Below, in pieces: positions 26,242 to 34,565 of a stretch of DNA of 64,000 nt. Location of the stretch: contig UREK01000001.1 of assembly GCA_900546845.1 (NCBI GenBank), positions 42,804 through 106,803 on the forward strand, in the 5' to 3' direction. The translations under genes were made by a program, and so were the position numbers. Origin of the DNA: an uncultured Eubacteriales bacterium. Lineage in GTDB: Bacteria > Bacillota > Clostridia > Christensenellales > CAG-138. Under the pieces are notes generated by a model. It saw only the letters and a program-made list of their open reading frames with translations, was not told where the DNA came from and did not search any database. Position 1 is the stretch's first letter, and every line of letters begins with the position of its first letter.

Positions 26242-28260
26242 ATGGAACAGAACAAGAACGGCCATGCATCGCCGCTGATCCTTTCCGCAAGGGATGTGGA
26301 GGTCAAATTCAACCTGCGCGGCGCAACGCTCACCGCTGTGCGCGGCGCGTCGCTCGACCTGTACGAGGGCGAGACGCTCGCCATCGTGGGCGAATCCGGC
26401 TGCGGGAAATCCGTGTTCACCAAGTCTTTCATCGGGATGCTGGATAAGAACGGCTCCGTCACCGGCGGCGAAATCCTTTACCGCGGGGAGGATCTGACCA
26501 AGTATAAAACCGAGGCGGAATGGCTCCGGGTGCGCGGGAAGAAGATCGCCATGGTGTTCCAGGACCCCATGACGAGCCTCAATCCGGTGCGCACCATCGG
26601 CGAGCAGATCGCGGAGGTCATCACCTGGCACTTTGGCACGGAACACGAGGAGGCCAAGCGCGAGGCGATCGAGATCCTCAAGCGCGTCGGCATCGCGGAT
26701 GCGGAATCCCGCTACAAGCAATACCCCAACGAATTCTCGGGCGGCATGCGCCAGCGCGTCGTGATTGCGACGGCCATCGCCTGCCGGCCGGAGATCCTCA
26801 TCTGCGACGAGCCGACCACCGCGCTCGACGTTACGGTGCAGGCACAGATCCTCCGGCTCATCAAGGATCTGCAAAAGGAATTGAAGATGACGGTCGTTTA
26901 CATCACCCACGATCTTGGCGTCGTCGCAAACGTCGCGGACTGGGTGGGCGTGATGTACGCCGGGCAGATCATCGAATACGGCACGGTGCGCGAGATCTTC
27001 AAACAGCCGGCCCATCCTTACACGAAAGCGCTGCTGCAATCCCTGCCGCAGCTCGGCGTAAAGGGACACGAGCTCTACTCTATCAAGGGAACGCCGCCGA
27101 GCCTGTTCAAGGAGATCCGTGGTGACGCGTTTGCGCCGCGCAACCCGGAAGCGATGGAGATCGACTTTGAGGAGGAGCCCCCGCGCTTCCAGATCTCGGA
27201 TACCCATTGGGCAAAGACTTGGCTGCTGCACCCCTATGCGGCAGAATACCGGAAGGAAATCGAAGCGGCGGAAGCGGCGCGCCGGGCGGAGCATGCCGAG
27301 CCCGCGGAGCCGTTCGACTACGGCGCGCATGCGGAGAAGCTCTTGCAGGTGAAGAACCTCACGGTCAAGTTCAAGCTGGCTGGGAAGGAATTCCGCGCCG
27401 TGGACAGCGTAAACTTCGACATTTATAAGGGCGAGACGCTTTCGCTCGTCGGCGAATCCGGTTCCGGCAAGACGACCATCGGCCGGGCGATCATGCGCAT
27501 CTATAACAACAACGTGGATGGCAGCATTGTCTATAAGGGCGATCCGATCACGGGCAGGCTCGGAAAGGACGACGTGAAGCACCTGCATATGGAGATGCAG
27601 ATGATCTTCCAGGATCCGATGGCTTCGCTCAACGAGCGCGCCAAGGTGGATTACATCATCTCCGAGGGGCTTTACAATTACCACCTGTTCGACAACGAGG
27701 AGGACCGGCTGCGCAAGGTGGAGGAGATCATGCAGGAGGTGGGCCTTTCCAAGGAGTTTTCCTCCCGTTTCCCGCACGAGTTCTCCGGCGGCCAGCGCCA
27801 GCGCATCGGCATTGCGCGCAGCCTCGTCATGAACCCGGATTTCATCGTGGCGGACGAACCCATCTCTGCGCTCGACGTTTCCATCCGCGCCCAGGTCATC
27901 AACCTGCTCAACAAGCTCAAGCGCGAGCGCGGGCTCACGTATCTGTTCATCGCCCATGACCTTTCCGTGGTCCGCTTTATCTCGGATCGTATCGCCGTCA
28001 TCAACAAGGGGCGCATCGTGGAGCTCGCGGCCTGCGAAGAGCTGTTCCGCTGCCCGCTGCATCCGTATACCAAGGCGCTGCTCTCCGCGGTGCCGTATCC
28101 GGATCCTGAGCTTGAGCGGGGCAAGGAGCTGCTGGTTTACGATCCCGCCATGCACAACTATAAGGATGACGCGCCCGCATGGGTGGAAATCATGCCCGGA
28201 CATTTCATCCTTGCGAACGAACCGGAGCTTGCGATTTACCGAGAGGAGCTGGGAATCTGA
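26242..28260 (+). CDS. fused double ATPase of the peptide ABC importer (OppD-like plus OppF-like in one polypeptide)
   Basis: GAGGAGGG lies 8 nt before ATG 26242. Two complete cassettes: GESGCGKSV / FSGGMRQR / [12 protein letters not shown] and GESGSGKTT / FSGGQRQR / [12 protein letters not shown], each followed by an oligopeptide C-terminal region (HPYTKALL). Confidence 0.9.
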   Translation: MEQNKNGHASPLILSARDVEVKFNLRGATLTAVRGASLDLYEGETLAIVGESGCGKSVFTKSFIGMLDKNGSVTGGEILYRGEDLTKYKTEAEWLRVRGKKIAMVFQDPMTSLNPVRTIGEQIAEVITWHFGTEHEEAKREAIEILKRVGIADAESRYKQYPNEFSGGMRQRVVIATAIACRPEILICDEPTTALDVTVQAQILRLIKDLQKELKMTVVYITHDLGVVANVADWVGVMYAGQIIEYGTVREIFKQPAHPYTKALLQSLPQLGVKGHELYSIKGTPPSLFKEIRGDAFAPRNPEAMEIDFEEEPPRFQISDTHWAKTWLLHPYAAEYRKEIEAAEAARRAEHAEPAEPFDYGAHAEKLLQVKNLTVKFKLAGKEFRAVDSVNFDIYKGETLSLVGESGSGKTTIGRAIMRIYNNNVDGSIVYKGDPITGRLGKDDVKHLHMEMQMIFQDPMASLNERAKVDYIISEGLYNYHLFDNEEDRLRKVEEIMQEVGLSKEFSSRFPHEFSGGQRQRIGIARSLVMNPDFIVADEPISALDVSIRAQVINLLNKLKRERGLTYLFIAHDLSVVRFISDRIAVINKGRIVELAACEELFRCPLHPYTKALLSAVPYPDPELERGKELLVYDPAMHNYKDDAPAWVEIMPGHFILANEPELAIYREELGI

Positions 28261-28709
28261 TGGAAGCGCTGCAGAAAAAACGGTATTTCCGCCTGATCTA
28301 TGCAAAGGCACTGCGCTACTTTGCGTATGCGCTCGCCGCGTCGGCATTCATCGCGGGCCTGTATGGCGGGGTGCGGCTATACTTTGTGTTCGCGCTTTGC
28401 GCGGCGGGCTGCGCGTTCCTCGCCTGGAGCTGGTTTACGCACCTGCATGCGGCGGGCTTCTTCCACGGGGACGCATGGAAGAAGAAAAGGCGCAGGCCGC
28501 GCGTGCCGTATCTCCACCGGCGCGATAAGACGAAGTTGCGCCGGCCATCCTTTGCGATGGACAACACGGATTTTGACGACGACCTCGTCTCCGCCACGGC
28601 GTGCAACGAGGCGGAGTTTGAGCCGGAGCAGCAGGAGCGGGCGCGCGTGCTTGCGCGGGCGGCCTGCGGGCTGCTGCTGATCCTGGTTTCCCTGGTTATC
28701 CCGATGTGA
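28260..28709 (+). CDS. small membrane protein, function unknown
   Basis: The ATG overlaps the TGA of the ATPase (TGATG). Two or three TM helices flank a strongly basic loop (WKKKRRRPRVPYLHRRDKTKLRR). Confidence 0.5.
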   Translation: MEALQKKRYFRLIYAKALRYFAYALAASAFIAGLYGGVRLYFVFALCAAGCAFLAWSWFTHLHAAGFFHGDAWKKKRRRPRVPYLHRRDKTKLRRPSFAMDNTDFDDDLVSATACNEAEFEPEQQERARVLARAACGLLLILVSLVIPM

Positions 28710-28719
28710 GGTGGTTTCT

Positions 28720-29856
28720 ATGCGGATTCAAAACGGTATTTTGCTCACCATGGAGGGCGGGCGCTTTGAAACGGGCTATGTGGACTTTGAAAACGGCGTC
28801 GTTACAGCCTGCGGGGATCTGCGGGATGCGCCCGCTTATTGCGGGGAGACGTTTGACGCCGCGGGCGGCTATATCCTGCCCGGACTGATCGACGCGCATA
28901 CGCATATCGGCATCTCGGAGGAAGGCCTGCGCTGGGAAGGGGAGGACTGCAACGAGACGACCTCCCCGGTCACGCCGGACGTGCGCGTGGTGGACGGCTT
29001 CAACCCGTTCGATACGGCGATCCCGAAGGCGCGGCGCGCGGGTGTGACGACCGTTGCGGTCGCCCCCGGCAGCACGAACGTGATCGGCGGGCAGATCGCC
29101 GCGATTAAGCTCGCGGGGACCAACGTGGACGAGATGACGCTCAAGGCCCCCTGCGCGATCAAATTTGCGCTTGGGGAAAACCCGAAGCGCAATTATGGGG
29201 AAAACAAAGGGCGCGAGCCCATGACGCGGATGGGGACGGCGGCCATTATGCGCCGCACGCTTACGCGCGCGCAGCGTTACCTGGCCAAAAAGGAGGCGGG
29301 CGAGGATCTATATGAGCCGGACATGGAGGCGCTCATCCCGCTGCTGCGGCGGGAGATCCCGGCGCATTTCCATGCGCACCGTGCGGATGACATCCTGACG
29401 GCTGTGCGCATCGCAAAGGAGTTCCGCCTGCGCTATTGCATCCTGCACGCCACGGGCGCGGGGAAGATCATCCCCTGCCTTGCGGCGGAGGATATGATCC
29501 CCGTAGTCGGTCCCTCAATGGGACCCGCCGGGAAGCCGGAGACCGTGGGCGGCTCGTTTGAAACGGCGGGGCAGCTCAGCAAGGCGGGCATGCGGGTCGC
29601 CATCACGACCGACCATGACGTTACGCCGCTCTGGCTGCTGCCGGCTTTTGCCGCGATGTGTGTGCGCGAAGGGCTTCCCGAGGAGGACGCGCTGCGCGCC
29701 ATCACCATCCATGCCGCGCGCGCGATGGGCGTGGAGGATCGCGTCGGCTCCCTCAAGCCGGGCAAGGATGCGGACGTCGCCGTGTTTAACGGCCATCCGT
29801 TCCATTACCTGACCCGCACGGCCGCCGTGTTCATCGGCGGGAAGCGCGTGGAATAA
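28720..29856 (+). CDS. amidohydrolase-superfamily metallohydrolase
   Basis: N-terminal metal motif PGLIDAHTHIG and a C-terminal TTDHDV...GKDADVAVF pattern are typical of Amidohydro_1. Confidence 0.8.
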   Translation: MRIQNGILLTMEGGRFETGYVDFENGVVTACGDLRDAPAYCGETFDAAGGYILPGLIDAHTHIGISEEGLRWEGEDCNETTSPVTPDVRVVDGFNPFDTAIPKARRAGVTTVAVAPGSTNVIGGQIAAIKLAGTNVDEMTLKAPCAIKFALGENPKRNYGENKGREPMTRMGTAAIMRRTLTRAQRYLAKKEAGEDLYEPDMEALIPLLRREIPAHFHAHRADDILTAVRIAKEFRLRYCILHATGAGKIIPCLAAEDMIPVVGPSMGPAGKPETVGGSFETAGQLSKAGMRVAITTDHDVTPLWLLPAFAAMCVREGLPEEDALRAITIHAARAMGVEDRVGSLKPGKDADVAVFNGHPFHYLTRTAAVFIGGKRVE

Positions 29857-29873
29857 AACTTTCCTGACGCACG

Positions 29874-29904
29874 ATGGGGCTGCCGGAAAAGGGCAGCCCC
29901 ATTT
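29874..29904. terminator. bidirectional terminator between convergent operons
   Basis: ATGGGGCTGCC-GGAAAA-GGGCAGCCCCAT followed by TT. Confidence 0.6.
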
Positions 29905-29922
29905 AAAAATGGACGTTTGGCG

Positions 29923-30711
29923 CTAAGCCGCAATATCCTTCCTCGCATAACGCGCGAATGCGGCGCATACGGAGATGGCTGCATAGCCAAGGCCAAGCAG
30001 CAGCAGCGGGACGTTGAGCGTGGAATCCGCAATGATGTCCGCCGCCTCCGCATAGTGGAAGGGCGTAATATAGTGCAGGAATTCCGCCGCTTCGGAGATG
30101 TTGCCGACGAGGTTCAAAAAGTACAGAAACGCGGCGAGGCAAAGGCCCGCACCGACGCCTCCGCGCCGCGCAAAGGCGGATGCGCCGAAGCAGATGCAGC
30201 CGATCTCCACCTGCAAGGCAAGCTGGGCGAGGTGGAACAGCGCGAATTCGCGCACGGCGATTTTTTCGCCGATGGCCGCGAACGAGAGCAGGGAACAGCA
30301 GACGCAGGCCGCGTTGAACAGCAGCAGCTGTGCGAGCAGCGCGGCGAGCTTTTCCGCGACGACGCGGGTGCGGGAGACCGGGTGCGTCAAAAGGAATTCC
30401 GCCGTGTGCGCGCCTTCTTCCTTGGCGAGCAGGCGCACGCCGAGATAGGCCGCGAACAGCGCCCCGCCGATGCCGAGCACGTTGCCGCATTCGACGCCGT
30501 AAAAGCCCATCGGCTCCGCGAAGCTGATCCGATCCATGCCGAAGGCGGCGGTAAAGTCGCCCATTTCGGAAAACAGGTCGCTTACGCTGCCCATCTGCCC
30601 CAGCATCTCCGGGAAGAGGATCATGCAGAGGAAGATCATCCCGCCCACAATGGCGCACCAGACGCAAAGCGTTTTTGCGCTTTGCTTCATTTCATGCCGG
30701 AAGATGGTCAT
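29923..30711 (-). CDS. ABC-2-type transporter permease
   Basis: 262-aa polytopic ORF with an ATGA overlap with the upstream ATPase. Confidence 0.75.
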   Translation of the reverse strand: MTIFRHEMKQSAKTLCVWCAIVGGMIFLCMILFPEMLGQMGSVSDLFSEMGDFTAAFGMDRISFAEPMGFYGVECGNVLGIGGALFAAYLGVRLLAKEEGAHTAEFLLTHPVSRTRVVAEKLAALLAQLLLFNAACVCCSLLSFAAIGEKIAVREFALFHLAQLALQVEIGCICFGASAFARRGGVGAGLCLAAFLYFLNLVGNISEAAEFLHYITPFHYAEAADIIADSTLNVPLLLLGLGYAAISVCAAFARYARKDIAA

Positions 30712-31589
30712 TCGTCCGTCCCTCCATTCTGATAAAAATGCAGGAATACCTCTTCGAGGTCTGGCTCCGTGATGGTCAGGTCGGTTACGGGGAGCCCCTG
30801 GAGCGCCGCGATGAGCGCTGGCATTTCCCCGCCATACAGGAAGCTGACACCATGCTCCGTGCGGGAGACGTCAGCCATGCCAGGGAGATCCAATGCAGGT
30901 ATCCCCTGTACGTTTACGCGCCGCGCAGCCGTGCGCGCAAGGCGCTCCACCGTGTCGCAGGCGATGAGCCGCCCTTCCCGAATGATGGCGGCGCGGCCGC
31001 AGTGGCGTTGGATCTCCGAAAGCACGTGGGAGGAGAGGAACACTGTGGCGCCTGCCCGGTGCCGCTCCTTCAGAATGGCGAAGAACTCCTTCTGCATGAG
31101 CGGGTCAAGGCCGCTCGTCGGTTCGTCAAGGATGGAAAGGCGCGGCTTGTGCTGCAACGCGCAGATGATGCCGAGCTTTTTGCGGTTGCCCAGGGAAAGC
31201 TCCTCTACCTTGCGGCGCGGGTCGAGCGCAAGGCGCTCGCACAGCGCGGCGGCCTCCTTTGCGCAGTCGAGCCCACGCAGCTTTGCGGAGAACGCGATGA
31301 CGTCGCCTGCGCGCATGCCGGGGTAGAACGCGGCTTCGGAGGGGAGATACCCAACGTTTGCAAGGATCTCCCGGCGGTGCTTCGTACAATCGAGCCCGAA
31401 GAGCTCCGCCCGCCCTGCGGTGGGGGAGATGAGCCCAAGCAGCGTGCGGATGGTCGTGCTTTTGCCGGCGCCGTTTGGCCCGATGAAGCCGAAAAACTCG
31501 CCTTCAGCAAGCGAGATGCTGAGGCCCTCAACGCCGCGCGCCTTGCCATAGCGCTTGGTCAATCCTTCGGTTTTGAGGATCGCGTCCAT
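30708..31589 (-). CDS. ABC transporter ATP-binding protein (ABC-2 exporter type)
   Basis: Walker A GPNGAGKST, signature LSLGNRKK, Walker B LSILDEPTSGLD. ATG 31589 overlaps the TetR stop (TGATG). Confidence 0.9.
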   Translation of the reverse strand: MDAILKTEGLTKRYGKARGVEGLSISLAEGEFFGFIGPNGAGKSTTIRTLLGLISPTAGRAELFGLDCTKHRREILANVGYLPSEAAFYPGMRAGDVIAFSAKLRGLDCAKEAAALCERLALDPRRKVEELSLGNRKKLGIICALQHKPRLSILDEPTSGLDPLMQKEFFAILKERHRAGATVFLSSHVLSEIQRHCGRAAIIREGRLIACDTVERLARTAARRVNVQGIPALDLPGMADVSRTEHGVSFLYGGEMPALIAALQGLPVTDLTITEPDLEEVFLHFYQNGGTDE

Positions 31590-32206
31590 CAAAGAAATTC
31601 CTCCCTATAAAATTGTTGCTTGAGCAGCGCGACATGCGCCAGAAATTCATCATTGAGCGCTTCGAGATCCTTGAGCTGTTCCGGCGTGCGGCTGCGCATG
31701 AAGCCATCCGCCATCCAGAGCACGATGTTGAGCAGCGCCTCTGCGGAAACACCCTCCTTCAGTTTGGATGCGTCCGCACGGGCCAGGAAGCGCGCGCTGC
31801 TGTCCATGACGATTGCGCTGAAGCTGTCCACGAGGGCGGGGCGCACGCGTGGATCCTCCTCAAAATACGCGTTGGCGATGAACTGCATCGCATAAGGGTG
31901 TGCATGCAGGATGGCGATTTTGGAAAGCTGCGCGCTTACGAGGATGTTGAAGAAGTCCGTTTCGGAATAATCGTGCGCTGCGGACATCTCCCGGATCACG
32001 AGTTTTGTCGCATAATCGTAAAGGTAAAGGTAAAACTCCCGCTTGCTCCCAAAATAATGGAACAGCAACGCCTTGGAAACGCCTGCAAGGCGCGCCGCTT
32101 CCTCCATGGAAGCCTTGGCATAATTGTGCTTGGCGAACACCTGCAATCCGGCGCTGCGCATCGCCTCCTGCCGCTCCGCCGGGAGCTCGAAGAAACGCTG
32201 GTTCAA
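31589..32206 (-). CDS. TetR/AcrR-family transcriptional regulator
   Basis: GGAGG lies 7 nt before TTG 32206. TetR_N HTH GLQVFAKHNYAKASMEEAARLAGVSKALLFHYF. Confidence 0.8.
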   Translation of the reverse strand: MNQRFFELPAERQEAMRSAGLQVFAKHNYAKASMEEAARLAGVSKALLFHYFGSKREFYLYLYDYATKLVIREMSAAHDYSETDFFNILVSAQLSKIAILHAHPYAMQFIANAYFEEDPRVRPALVDSFSAIVMDSSARFLARADASKLKEGVSAEALLNIVLWMADGFMRSRTPEQLKDLEALNDEFLAHVALLKQQFYREEFL

Positions 32207-32222
32207 AAGAAGACCTCCTGTG

Positions 32223-32272
32223 TTGACCGAATCGGTTAACACAATTATAGCATGGTTGATCGAATCGGTCAA
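32223..32272 (-). promoter_or_regulatory. promoter with two 17-bp palindromic operators for the TetR/ABC-2 operon
   Basis: TTGACCGAATCGGTTAA (32223..32239) and TTGATCGAATCGGTCAA (32256..32272). On the minus strand, TTGACC (32272..32267), 17 nt, then TATAAT (32249..32244), so one operator covers the -35 and the other covers the transcript start. Confidence 0.6.
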
Positions 32273-32618
32273 TATAACGCTGATGCTTGGCTGAAGAAAC
32301 TCGGAGCTCTCCTTTCAAAAAGGAAGTAAATTGATGCAGTGCATCCCCAACAACAAAAAGGAAATTTGCCCGCATAGGAGGCCGCTTTCCTCCGTTTTAC
32401 GTATACTCCTTATGCTTGCCGTTGTTCCCGTTAAGAGAGGAAAAAGGCTCCGCCCAGCCCGCTGCGGCACGGGCCTTTGCGCAACGCAAATGCCTGCGTC
32501 CGCCTGCGCGCCCCATTATAAGGACAACTGTGATTGAGCAGAATAAAGTTATTGACATATGACGGAAATGGAGTATACTGAATTTGTAAATGGCATATGT
32601 CGGAAAAAGGAGGCGCTC

Positions 32619-33446
32619 ATGCCAAGACCGTGCAAACAAAGGCGCGTCTGCGCCATGCCCGGCTGCCTGCGGTTTGGGCCGGTGGAGGGCGGCAAGCCCG
32701 AGCTGCCGCCGATTGCGATGGCGGTGGATGAATTTGAGGCGATCCGCCTCATCGACTACGAAGGGCTGACGCAGGAAGCGTGCGCGGCACGCATGAACGT
32801 CGCGCGCACCACGGCGCAGGCGATTTATGCGGGCGCGCGCAGCAAGGTTGCCGAATGCTTGGTGACGGGGCGGGAGCTGACGATCCAGGGCGGCGCATAC
32901 GTGCTGTGCGACGGCGCGGCGATCGGCTGTGGGCACGCCTGCGCGCGGAGGCGGTGCGAAACGCCGGAAGAACAATACGAGGGGGAAAACCCCAGAAACG
33001 GAAGGAGAAAAAACATGCGGATCGCGGTAACTTATGAAAACGGGACGGTATTCCAGCATTTTGGGCATGCGGAGCAGTTTAAGCTGTACGATGTGGAAAG
33101 CGGCGCGGTGCGCGCCTCCAAGATTGTGGAAACCAACGGCAGCGGCCACGGCGCGCTTGCGGCGTTCCTGAAGGGGAACGGCGTGGATGTGCTGATCTGC
33201 GGCGGCATTGGCGCAGGCGCGCAGAACGCGCTGCGGGAAGCAGGCGTCCAGCTCTATGGCGGCGTTACAGGCAGCGCGGACGAGGCGGTCTCGGCGCTTT
33301 TGAACGGTACGCTTGCGTATAACGTAGCCGTGCAGTGCAGCCACCACGACGAACGCCATGGCGCGGATCATGCCTGCGGCGAGCATGGCTGCGGCGGGCA
33401 TGCGGAAGGCCATGCCTGCGGAGGCCACACCTGCGGCGGGAAATGA
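32619..33446 (+). CDS. in-frame fusion of a DUF134 (UPF0251) putative DNA-binding domain and a NifX/NifB-C-like domain, with a His/Cys-rich tail
   Basis: AAGGAGG lies 5 nt before ATG 32619. MPRPCKQRRVCAMPGCLRFGP...VDEFEAIRLIDYEGLTQEACAARMNVARTTAQ matches DUF134. From ATG 33015 (preceded by AAGGAG), MRIAVTYENGTVFQHFGHAEQFKLYD...VLICGGIGAGA matches the NifX-like family. The tail is HHDERHGADHACGEHGCGGHAEGHACGGHTCGGK. Confidence 0.75.
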   Translation: MPRPCKQRRVCAMPGCLRFGPVEGGKPELPPIAMAVDEFEAIRLIDYEGLTQEACAARMNVARTTAQAIYAGARSKVAECLVTGRELTIQGGAYVLCDGAAIGCGHACARRRCETPEEQYEGENPRNGRRKNMRIAVTYENGTVFQHFGHAEQFKLYDVESGAVRASKIVETNGSGHGALAAFLKGNGVDVLICGGIGAGAQNALREAGVQLYGGVTGSADEAVSALLNGTLAYNVAVQCSHHDERHGADHACGEHGCGGHAEGHACGGHTCGGK

Positions 33447-33580
33447 CACGCAGACAGTATGAAAATCATGGGCTGCGGAAGCGTTTTCGCAGCCCATGAT
33501 AGCTGTAAAGGCGCGGCGCGTTCCTTTACTTCCGCCCCCGCATTTGCTATACTGAAAAACAAAAAGCCGAGGCAGGACCA

Positions 33581-34264
33581 ATGAACGGAAAACCGCGAAA
33601 AAAACGGGAGCCGCAGGGAAAACAGCCGGAATTCCTCCGGTTTTGCGCCACTGCGTTCGACGAGCTTTGGTATTTGGTCAAGCTGAACCTGCTCTTCCTT
33701 GCGGGGTGCGCGCCGGTTGTGACCATGCCGATGGCGCTTACGGCGGCGCTGCGCGTTACGAGCCTCCTTGCGGGCGGGAAACGGCCGCCGCTCTGGCCCG
33801 AATTCCGCAAGGCGTTCCTGGGCGAATGGAAGCGCGCGCTGCCCTGCGGCTGGGCGTTTGCGCTTGCCGCGGGGCTTGCCGGGTACGGCGCGTATTCCTA
33901 CGGCGCGATGGCGGGCGCAAACCCGCTCGCACTGCTGCCGCTCCTTGCGGCGGCGCTGATTTTTGCGGCGCTCACGGCCGCCGGGCTTTACTTCCATTCC
34001 ATGCTGGCCATGTGCGAGCTTTCGCTTGGGGACATGCTCAGAAACGCGCTGATCCTGGCTGTTTCGGAATTCCGGCGCAGCGTGCTCGCGGTTTTCGCGC
34101 TTGTGATGTGCATCGGCGCGTCGACGCTGTTCTTCCCGGTGACGCTGCCGCTCGCCGTGTTCCTATTGCCTGCGCTCGGCCTGCTCGCGGCCTCCTTTGC
34201 GCTCCGCCCCGGGCTTTTGCGCTGCATGCTGGCCGGGGAGGATGAGGAAGCCGGTGCGCGGTGA
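33581..34264 (+). CDS. YesL-family (DUF624) membrane protein
   Basis: FDELWYLVKLNLLFLAGCAPVVTMPMALTAA and a 5-6 TM profile are typical of DUF624. Confidence 0.65.
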   Translation: MNGKPRKKREPQGKQPEFLRFCATAFDELWYLVKLNLLFLAGCAPVVTMPMALTAALRVTSLLAGGKRPPLWPEFRKAFLGEWKRALPCGWAFALAAGLAGYGAYSYGAMAGANPLALLPLLAAALIFAALTAAGLYFHSMLAMCELSLGDMLRNALILAVSEFRRSVLAVFALVMCIGASTLFFPVTLPLAVFLLPALGLLAASFALRPGLLRCMLAGEDEEAGAR

Positions 34265-34325
34265 GCGGCGCGACACTGCGTTTCATCCGGAATTTGAGTC
34301 GGGAGGGGAAAGAAAAGCGGTTATG

Positions 34326-34357
34326 AAGCCCGGAGCCAGCGCGGCACGGGCTTTTTT
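34326..34357 (+). terminator. rho-independent terminator
   Basis: GAAGCCCG ... CGGGCTT followed by TTTTT. Confidence 0.65.
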
Positions 34358-34565
34358 ATAGCAGCGCAAAGGAGATGCACTGCTTTTTTATTTCAGGCAG
34401 GAGGCGGAGGCGCCTTGCAGCAACATAACAACATGTTTTATAAAATATATATGACAACTGCCGGATTTATGATATAATAAAAACAAGGAAAAACATGGGT
34501 CGGCAGCGGCAAGAGCCAGGGGGAGCATGCGGACGCAGACGCCATGAATCATTGAGGAGGGAACG

